From assembly GCA_028712885.1 (NCBI GenBank), contig JAQTPK010000002.1, positions 20,623 through 84,622 on the forward strand: a stretch of 64,000 nucleotides of DNA, in the 5' to 3' direction. Within the stretch, counting starts at the first letter, position 1. Each line of letters begins with the position of its first letter. The position numbers and the translations under genes were made by a program. The DNA comes from Syntrophales bacterium (lineage in GTDB: Bacteria; Desulfobacterota; Syntrophia; Syntrophales; UBA4778). Positions 57,528-64,000 of this stretch are shown here, one piece after another. The notes beneath the pieces are model-generated. The model had not been told where the DNA came from. It worked only from the letters and a program-made list of their open reading frames with translations, and searched no databases.

Positions 57528-57650
57528 CAGGCTGTTTGAAAACGCCCATCTGCGGCGTTTCCCTCGCCCCTCGGTGCTCACGTACCCAAAAGTACGCTGC
57601 GCGCCTCGGGGCTTCGGGGGCCTTGCATCCGGGCATTTTGAAACAGCCTG
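57528..57650. repeat. 123-bp long imperfect palindrome (MITE/REP-like or structured RNA)
   Basis: The outer arm CAGGCTGTTTGAAAACGCCC faces the reverse complement of GGGCATTTTGAAACAGCCTG, with 2 mismatches in 20. An inner GC-rich imperfect hairpin is centred on GTACCCAAAAGTAC. Confidence 0.8.
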
Positions 57651-57754
57651 ACGAATTAAACCTATGGCATTGAATCAATCCGGATAAGGCTTTTATGGCA
57701 AATCTTCCATCCGGAGTTTTCTAACACTGAAATTGACCATCGGGAGATTTTGAA

Positions 57755-58918
57755 ATGTTTTACGACCGGGATCTGTCTTTCATATATTACGGTCCGACGC
57801 GGATCGTGTTCGGAATAAATTCCAGCCGGGATATCCAGGCGGAAATAGAAGCACTCGGCTGCAGGCGCGCCGTCCTCGTCACCGACCCGGGCATTACGAA
57901 AGCAGGTCTCCTCGACCGGGTCGTCAAATCGCTCGGTCCGGGATGCGCCGGGGTCTTCAGCGACGTTCCCCAGGACACCGGAATTGAAGTAGTAAACGCA
58001 GGAGCAGCATACGCGAGGAAATGCGGAGCCGATGCCGTCGTCAGCCTGGGCGGAGGGAGCGTTATCGACACGGCAAAGGGAATGTGCGTTCTGATGAAAG
58101 AAGGGGGGAAGCTGGAGGATTTCGAGGGAGTACAGCTCCTGACCCGCTGGCAGACTCCGCATGTCGTCATTCCTACAACCGCCGGGACCGGCAGCGAGGT
58201 TACCTGCATGGCCGTCGTTCTGGACAAGCGAAAGGGACAGAAGATCTTTCTTCTTGAAAATTACAATACCCCGCGCACCGCCATTCTCGATCCCGCGCTG
58301 ACCGAAAAGCTGCCTCCCCTGCTGACCGCGTCCACCGGCATGGATGCCATGTGCCACGCCGTGGAGGCCTTGCACAGCATCCAGCGCGAACCGATAACGG
58401 ACGGAATAGCCATGCACGCAATCCGCCTTCTTGTCCGGAATCTCCCGATCTGCGTCAATAATGGTTCCGACCTGGCGGCGCGGGGGCAAATGCAGATAGC
58501 CGCGACCATGGCGGGCTGGGCGTTCAACAACTCCATGGTGTCGATCGTGCATGCCATGGCCCACTCCATCGGCGCCGTGGCCGGCGTTCCCCACGGTATA
58601 GCAAACGGTATCCTTCTTCCTTTCGGCATGGAATACAATCTGCCGGAAGCCGCGGAAAGCTATGCCCTTGCTGCAGAAGCACTCGGGACCCGGGAGAAGG
58701 GAATGGGCGAAATCGAAGCCGCCGAGTCGGCAATCCGCGCCGTGCGCGAGTTCACCGTGCGCATCCGCCATCCCCAACGCCTCTCCGAAGCAGGTGTGAG
58801 CAGGGATCAGCTCGCCCAGGCAGCCGAACTGAGCGTTTCCGACGGAGCGATAATCTGGAATCCCAGGCCGGTTCCGGATTCATCGGATGTTCTCGAACTG
58901 TTCCAGAAAGCCTTCTGA
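57755..58918 (+). CDS. iron-containing (group III) alcohol dehydrogenase
   Basis: GGGSVIDTAK and the histidine motifs (HAVEA, HAMAHSIG...PHG). Confidence 0.9.
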   Translation: MFYDRDLSFIYYGPTRIVFGINSSRDIQAEIEALGCRRAVLVTDPGITKAGLLDRVVKSLGPGCAGVFSDVPQDTGIEVVNAGAAYARKCGADAVVSLGGGSVIDTAKGMCVLMKEGGKLEDFEGVQLLTRWQTPHVVIPTTAGTGSEVTCMAVVLDKRKGQKIFLLENYNTPRTAILDPALTEKLPPLLTASTGMDAMCHAVEALHSIQREPITDGIAMHAIRLLVRNLPICVNNGSDLAARGQMQIAATMAGWAFNNSMVSIVHAMAHSIGAVAGVPHGIANGILLPFGMEYNLPEAAESYALAAEALGTREKGMGEIEAAESAIRAVREFTVRIRHPQRLSEAGVSRDQLAQAAELSVSDGAIIWNPRPVPDSSDVLELFQKAF

Positions 58919-58920
58919 CC

Positions 58921-59667
58921 ATGCGAAAAGGAGAGATTGCCGCCCGGTTGTTTGAAAGGGTATCAGGACCCGGTAAGAAACTTCTCATCGAGGAGCTCCG
59001 GATCGGGTTGTGCTATGCGGCGGTCCGCCTTGAAAACGGCGCGACGGGACTGGCGGCCGTGCCTCTGGCGGACGTTTCTGCTTCATGTTCGGTTTTCCCG
59101 CCGGGAGGCTCTATCGCCGGGCGCAGCGCCGATTTTCTCCTGCGGGGACTGGTCGGCGGAAACCCGCTGGAGAAGACGCTCGGCATGGCGGCGGCAAACG
59201 CCGTAATCGGACCGGAACCGCAGGACGAAACGGATGCCCTCGAGCTGATCGGCCTCGGTCCCGAAGACCGTGTGGCGATGGTAGGCCTGTTCTCTCCTCT
59301 TGTGGAAAGGATCAGAAGAACCGGCGCCCGTCTGGACGTGATTGAAAAAGACCCCCGCAAGGCGGCCCCGCTCGGCAGGCAGAAAATCATGTCCGTTCTG
59401 GGCGCATGCACGGTTGCCTTGATCACGGCGACTTCTCTTCTGAACGATACGTTGGAGGAGACGCTCGCAGGGCTCGCCCGCCCGCGGCATGTCGCCGTCC
59501 TCGGACCCTCTTCACCGCTCGATCCGGAGATTTTCCGGGATACCCCGGTCAGCCACATCGGGGGAGCAATCGTCGCGGATGCGCCTCAGATCATGCGGGT
59601 CGTTTCCGAAGGTGGGGGAACTCCGGCAATGCGGCCCTGGCTGAAATTTGTAAATATCCTTTTATAA
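58921..59667 (+). CDS. DUF4213/DUF364 Rossmann-like protein (putative metal/cofactor-handling)
   Basis: Contains IGLCYAAVRLENGATGLA... then DRVAMVGLFSPLVERI. It starts 3 nt after the adh stop. Confidence 0.7.
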   Translation: MRKGEIAARLFERVSGPGKKLLIEELRIGLCYAAVRLENGATGLAAVPLADVSASCSVFPPGGSIAGRSADFLLRGLVGGNPLEKTLGMAAANAVIGPEPQDETDALELIGLGPEDRVAMVGLFSPLVERIRRTGARLDVIEKDPRKAAPLGRQKIMSVLGACTVALITATSLLNDTLEETLAGLARPRHVAVLGPSSPLDPEIFRDTPVSHIGGAIVADAPQIMRVVSEGGGTPAMRPWLKFVNILL

Positions 59668-59669
59668 AT

Positions 59670-59697
59670 CGTAAGGGGTAAAGCGTAAGGAGTAAGG
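59670..59697 (+). repeat. 7-bp-period array (cgtaagg ggtaaag cgtaagg agtaagg)
   Basis: Read directly. Intergenic between DUF364 and mobB. Confidence 0.85.
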
Positions 59698-59737
59698 TGA
59701 ATTTAAATCGGCATAGAATTGTGGATGGAACCATAAG

Positions 59738-60238
59738 ATGGAAGAAATACCGATATTATCCATTGTCGGACGGTCAGGCTCGGGAAAGACGACCCTGATA
59801 GAAAAGCTTATCCCGGAATTCCGGGAGAGGGGATATCGCGTGGCGACGATAAAGCACGTGCCGCATGGGTTCGAAGCCGACCGCGAGGGTAAGGACAGCT
59901 GGCGTCATAAACAGGCAGGCGCCCGGGTTACCGTGCTGGCGTCCCGCGACAAGATCGCCCTGTTCGAGAACGCGCAGAGAAGCTATTCTGCAGAAGAGAT
60001 CCGGGACCGGTACATCCGGGACGTGGATCTCGTCATCTCCGAAGGATACAAAGGCAACCCCTATTCCAAGATAGAAGTGTTCCGGTCTTCCGTTCATCCC
60101 CGGCCCCTGTGTGATGAAGGCGATCTGCTGCTGGCTTCCGTAGGCGAGTCTGTTGGGGAGGGCATTCCCTGTTTTCGGATCGATGAAATCCCGGAATTGG
60201 TCGACTTGATCGTCAGCCGCCTGCTGAAGAAAAAATGA
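59738..60238 (+). CDS. mobB: molybdopterin-guanine dinucleotide biosynthesis adapter MobB
   Basis: Contains ILSIVGRSGSGKTTLIEKLI...GYRVATIKH. Confidence 0.85.
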   Translation: MEEIPILSIVGRSGSGKTTLIEKLIPEFRERGYRVATIKHVPHGFEADREGKDSWRHKQAGARVTVLASRDKIALFENAQRSYSAEEIRDRYIRDVDLVISEGYKGNPYSKIEVFRSSVHPRPLCDEGDLLLASVGESVGEGIPCFRIDEIPELVDLIVSRLLKKK

Positions 60239-60368
60239 AACGATCTGGTCCCGTCCGCAATCATGTTCTTTTTCATGTTAATCCGACCTCCGGCGTTGTG
60301 ATCATGGTTACTTGATTCCGGACGGCATCCGTGATAATTGCCTCGGAGTCTTAATGAAAGGAGCCTAA

Positions 60369-60617
60369 ATGCCGGAGAACAGGCTCATAGTTATCAACCT
60401 CAGCAAGGACTCCGATCCTCCCCGGACTGCCTTCATTATATTGACTTCCATGGAAGTTGAAGACCTCCTCGATCAGATCAGGCAGATCATCTCCGATAAT
60501 TTCGACATCATTCCTCACGATCTCGGGGACCGGCTGAAGGAATACGGGGAGGTCTTCACGGAATGGGAAGGCGTCCTCCTGAATGCAGACGTCGTTTCGG
60601 CCGAAAGCAAGCACTGA
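60369..60617 (+). CDS. hypothetical small acidic protein
   Basis: 82-aa ORF with AAGGAG 7 nt upstream of the ATG. I recognise no family. The longer antisense ORF looks like a shadow. Confidence 0.35.
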   Translation: MPENRLIVINLSKDSDPPRTAFIILTSMEVEDLLDQIRQIISDNFDIIPHDLGDRLKEYGEVFTEWEGVLLNADVVSAESKH

Positions 60618-60799
60618 AACATTCATCTCCTGCCTTATCTTTTTTTCAGAATCCCGGAAGCGGAAAATAAGGTTATCCCAAATAGCCAGATCAAAGCTCA
60701 TATAATACAAATGCGTATCTCGATTGTTTTGGGCCGCGCCTGTCAGGCTGCAACAAACCGGTCCATATTCGGGACAAAATCCCAAAAGGAGGGATGCTT

Positions 60800-61981
60800 A
60801 TGGCAGATATTCTGGAAACAGCATCCGATTCAGGTATGCTCAATACTTGGAAAGAGGCCGTCCGGGCTGCCGGATTGGATAAAACCCTGTCCGGACCCGG
60901 CCCATTCACTGTGTTTGCGCCCGTGGATGAAGCTTTTGAGAAGATTCAGGTAGACCGGCTGCTCGAAGATATACCAAGGCTGAGATCTGTTCTTTCCTAT
61001 CATGTCCTGCCGGGGAAAATGATGCGAAAGGATGTGATCAGACTGTCCTCCGCCCGAACAATTGCGGGACAGGACGTAAATTTCGACACGGAGGGAGGCG
61101 TCAAAATCGAAGGGGCAAAGTTGATAAAACCTAATCTGGTCGCCGAAAACGGAGTGATACACGCAATTGACAAGGTTATTATGCCGCGCACGGAGGGCCG
61201 GGCCGGAATGGCACAGGCGGGAAGAGCCGGTCGGAGAATTTCCAGGGAAACAGAGGATCTGGTTTCACGCACTCTGGACGCATATAATGACGTCCTTAAC
61301 GACTGGATAGATTTCTTCGGCATGGAGACTAGAAAGCGTTCGGGGGAAATGGTTCGGTCCTGGACCGAATCGGGTTCGGAGATGTTCAAGGAAATGGTTC
61401 GCTCGATGCGCGCACCGCTGCGGGCTTACGGTATATCGGACGGCAATCTGGACTTGATGATTCAGGGTGCTGACGTCTTCAGTAAAACGGCTTCCGCCTG
61501 GATGGATTTTGCCGAATCCGGATCGCCGGATAAGCCCAAGGAAGCAGCCGAGAAATGGACTGAATCAATGAAGGAGATGTATCGTCGAATGCTCGAAAAT
61601 ACGCGGAAGCCGACGGGTCTGATCCGGCAGACCCCCTTGCCCTGGGATCTTTTCAGCACGGGGCAATCCTGGTTTGTCCAGCCTTCTCTGGATAATGTGG
61701 AAGATATGGCCGAACAGTCAAAAGGCTGGGCCGAAGGCGCGACGGATCTATACAATGCCTGGGTCGACCATCTCAACAAAAGCAAGGAGTTGTACAGGCC
61801 CGAGTTGGAGCCGGAAGCTCTGGAACAGGCAAGAAAGGATCTTCTCGGATCTTCCGAAACCCTCTTGAAAGCCTGGTCGAATTTCACCGTAAATCAGACT
61901 TCGTCCATGTTTCAGTCATGGAAATCGATGGTCACAAAGGGCGCGAAACAAAGCGCTCAAGCTATGGAACAGATGAGATAA
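60800..61981 (+). CDS. fasciclin (FAS1) domain protein fused to a Trp-rich helical repeat (phasin/PhaE-like) C-terminal region
   Basis: FAS1 motifs (GPFTVFAPVDEAF, VLSYHVLPG, NGVIHAIDKVIMP). No signal peptide. The C-terminus carries the repeated W(I/M)DF...WTES..EM(F/Y)..M motif. Confidence 0.7.
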   Translation: MADILETASDSGMLNTWKEAVRAAGLDKTLSGPGPFTVFAPVDEAFEKIQVDRLLEDIPRLRSVLSYHVLPGKMMRKDVIRLSSARTIAGQDVNFDTEGGVKIEGAKLIKPNLVAENGVIHAIDKVIMPRTEGRAGMAQAGRAGRRISRETEDLVSRTLDAYNDVLNDWIDFFGMETRKRSGEMVRSWTESGSEMFKEMVRSMRAPLRAYGISDGNLDLMIQGADVFSKTASAWMDFAESGSPDKPKEAAEKWTESMKEMYRRMLENTRKPTGLIRQTPLPWDLFSTGQSWFVQPSLDNVEDMAEQSKGWAEGATDLYNAWVDHLNKSKELYRPELEPEALEQARKDLLGSSETLLKAWSNFTVNQTSSMFQSWKSMVTKGAKQSAQAMEQMR

Positions 61982-61986
61982 GCCGG

Positions 61987-63330
61987 TCAATGTTCGGCCC
62001 CCGCAAGGGGGCCGGAATCCGGCGCTCTCAGGACAACTGTCTGTTTCTTACCCATTTTCCCCGCCTCCCGGACTATTCGGTCGAGAAAACGGATGCGCAG
62101 AGGCGGGCAAACCGCGCCCAGTGACTCTATCCCCTCCTTTATATTGCGAGTGAGCACAGAGGCGGTATCTTTGCGGCTGATCCCGGGATCCGCGACAATG
62201 TCGATCTCGAGCCGTCCCTGAATTAATTCAACCTGAAATTCCAGGACGCCCTGCCTGGCCATTATCATGGAACTGAGATGCGCCGGCCACACGGGCACCT
62301 TCCCGGTGTTGACGCCTCCCAGATAAATCGTCTCTTCAACCCTTCCGTGGATCTCTTTTATGGTCCTGAATGGGCGGCCGCAGGGGCAGGCATCGGCCGA
62401 AACGGTCACCATGTCTGAAATGAGATAGCGGATCAGCGGCATCGTTTGCTGATAAAGATTGGTCATCAGAAGGTGGTGTCCCGGAGCGCCATCCGGAACA
62501 GGATTGTGCCGCTCATCGACAACTTCGACGATACAGAGGTCTTCAAAAATATGAATGCCTTGATGGAAGCCGCATTCCACGCCCAAAATGCCTTCCGTGC
62601 AGCTGTAGGAATTGAAAAGCACGCCGCCCCAGACTTCCCTTATTTTCCTGGCCGTCTCTTCCGCTAAAATCTCCGCTCCCGTTACGATGATCCCGGGGTG
62701 AATGTCCAGCCTGCCGTTTATCTGCTCTTCAGCCAGAAGTCCCGCCATGGAGGGATAGGCATGCAGGATTCCGGGTTGAAAACTGTTCAGCTCATCCGTC
62801 AGACGTTGAAGCGGATCGGTGACCTTCAGAATGAGTCTTAAGCCGGAGCCCTCAGGCTCGCTTACGGCGCGGCGGTAACTGAGATGCAGCTGGCTTCCTG
62901 ATCCTATTGACGCGGTCCTCTCCCGGCCGATGGCGATCCCCACCAGGCCCGCTCCTCTTTCAACCCCGGCCATGAGACAAGTCCAGGCATTCCGGTCATA
63001 AACAAAGACGCCTTTTCGTCCCGTGCTTCCGGCAGTGGTCAGCACGCGGTACTCGCCCATGTAGCATTCATCGTCCTCAACGCCTTCCATATGCCTGTTC
63101 ACGTCCGCGAGATTAATGCGCGGATCTGTTACAATCCGCTCAAATTCACTCATTACCTCTTTTTTTTCGATAATAGGGAGGTCCTGGAGATGAACAGAAC
63201 CGGAAGAGATCCGCCTCATCCTCTCTGCATAAAGAGGGGACCGGCTCTTTGCGAAAGCAATCAGAGAACGCAGTCCGTCGGATTGATGCTGCAGGAGCTC
63301 GCCGCGAGTCCAGGCCTCTCGCCGCCTCAT
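61987..63330 (-). CDS. phenylacetate-CoA ligase / coenzyme F390 synthetase-like adenylate-forming enzyme
   Basis: COG1541-like, with TTAGSTGRKG (AMP-binding P-loop), YSCTEG and a C-terminal ACT-like segment. Confidence 0.75.
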   Translation of the reverse strand: MRRREAWTRGELLQHQSDGLRSLIAFAKSRSPLYAERMRRISSGSVHLQDLPIIEKKEVMSEFERIVTDPRINLADVNRHMEGVEDDECYMGEYRVLTTAGSTGRKGVFVYDRNAWTCLMAGVERGAGLVGIAIGRERTASIGSGSQLHLSYRRAVSEPEGSGLRLILKVTDPLQRLTDELNSFQPGILHAYPSMAGLLAEEQINGRLDIHPGIIVTGAEILAEETARKIREVWGGVLFNSYSCTEGILGVECGFHQGIHIFEDLCIVEVVDERHNPVPDGAPGHHLLMTNLYQQTMPLIRYLISDMVTVSADACPCGRPFRTIKEIHGRVEETIYLGGVNTGKVPVWPAHLSSMIMARQGVLEFQVELIQGRLEIDIVADPGISRKDTASVLTRNIKEGIESLGAVCPPLRIRFLDRIVREAGKMGKKQTVVLRAPDSGPLAGAEH

Positions 63331-63456
63331 TTTCCCGGATCAGGGCTTTGTCCTGCCTGTAGGGGGAACAACGCTCCATCACGCCTCCTCATGAGCGTAA
63401 GGTGTTTTTTTCCGATAAGAATCGGTTCAGATGGATCTGACCGGAAAGCATCTCAC

Positions 63457-63477
63457 AGCTTACGCCTTACTCCTTAC
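63457..63477 (-). repeat. 7-bp-period array (agcttac gccttac tccttac)
   Basis: Read directly. It is the reverse complement of GTAAGGN units, and a single opposing unit GCGTAAGGTG sits at 63395..63404. Confidence 0.8.
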
Positions 63478-63563
63478 GATAAAATACTATATTTCTGTCA
63501 AAAAGACATGGACTTGGCATACTGTATCTAATAATCTGATCCAAATATTTTTCAGGATATCTA

Positions 63564-63808
63564 TGGAATATCACCCCGTGCCGGAAATCATCGGGGAGGT
63601 CGAAAGCCTTCTTCAGGAATCCGCTGATCAGCCGGACCATGTCACTGTTTCAGGTTGCGGCGAGCCTACCCTGTATTCCCGGCTGGGAGATCTGATTTCC
63701 GCCATAAAGGATTTAACGCAAAAAAAGGAACCCGGATTGAAGCCGGCCGGGAAACGGCAAATGGAGTCTTTGGCGGCAATGCTTGGCCCGCGGTGCGAGA
63801 TAATCTGA
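63564..63808 (+). pseudogene. radical SAM protein remnant lacking the CxxxCxxC N-terminus
   Basis: VTVSGCGEPTLYSRLGDLISAIKDLT matches the GGEP-type motif that normally follows the cluster-binding loop. No upstream coding sequence carries the Cys motif, and the tail is unrelated. Confidence 0.4.
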
Positions 63809-63889
63809 GGCCCCCGCTTCAGGACGCCCGCAGGGCATTGGCGGAATCCGCTTGACTTCGCGTCTTCTTTAATGAGAAAAGGATTTGCG

Positions 63890-64000
63890 ATGGAAAATTC
63901 AAAACGTTCTGAAATCATAGACCTTATTATTGTCGGCGGAGGCCCCGGAGGCCTAACCTCCGGTCTTTATGCCGCACGCTCTCATCTGAATGCCCTGCTC
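63890..64000 (+). CDS. trxB: thioredoxin-disulfide reductase-like FAD oxidoreductase, 3' end cut by window edge
   Basis: Starts MENSKRSEIIDLIIVGGGPGGLTSGLYAARSHLNALL (GxGxxG plus the TrxB-like context). The frame is open to the window end. Confidence 0.7.
   Translation, partial: MENSKRSEIIDLIIVGGGPGGLTSGLYAARSHLNALL

Noticed and set aside
60351-60785. 144-aa minus-strand ORF
   Set aside because: It fully overlaps the plus ORF 60369..60617, which has a good SD-ATG, and no SD precedes the minus ORF. Both calls remain weak.

Overview
The window is 64 kb of GC-rich bacterial chromosome with no transposase, integrase, CRISPR or phage genes. The gene content points to an anaerobic, probably syntrophic, deltaproteobacterium-like organism; that placement is inference only.

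The first ~37 kb is almost entirely minus-strand housekeeping. It holds queF (5' truncated), pilMNOPQ, ftsB, a COG1900 homocysteine-synthesis gene and dut-M16 peptidase-pnp-rpsO-truB-nrnA-rbfA-DUF503-infB-nusA-rimP preceded by tRNA-Gly(CCC). It continues with hisD-murA-prmC-prfA, rpmE, rho, pgeF, rluD, selA, a HemN-like radical SAM gene, def, lpd, glutaminyl cyclase, a PHP hydrolase, an EndoIII-like gene, htrA and rlmI.

Positions 37.4-60.2 kb form a selenium plus tungsten/molybdenum island:
- Two paralogous Tat-exported fdnGHI operons sit head to head around a ModE-like HTH gene and fdhE.
- A third, cytoplasmic-type fdhA is translationally coupled to the second operon.
- All three catalytic subunits carry an in-frame TGA (Sec) that the ORF track splits into two ORFs, each followed by an fdhF-like SECIS apical sequence.
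- Downstream lie modBC without modA plus an FmdE-domain gene, secreted redoxins, tungsten-type aldehyde:ferredoxin oxidoreductase overlapping an SCP2 gene, an Fe-ADH coupled to DUF364, and mobB.

The right end carries a cytoplasmic fasciclin/phasin-like fusion, an F390-synthetase-like ligase, a radical-SAM remnant and the start of trxB.

The least expected signal is non-coding. At least a dozen short tandem arrays with a strict 7-bp period (one with an 8-bp period) sit in intergenic DNA. Their unit sequences differ by locus, and many form inverted pairs bracketing hairpin elements or, in one case, a whole gene. A shared palindrome, TATGCCA-N4-TGACATA, and a shared promoter core occur in both fdn control regions.
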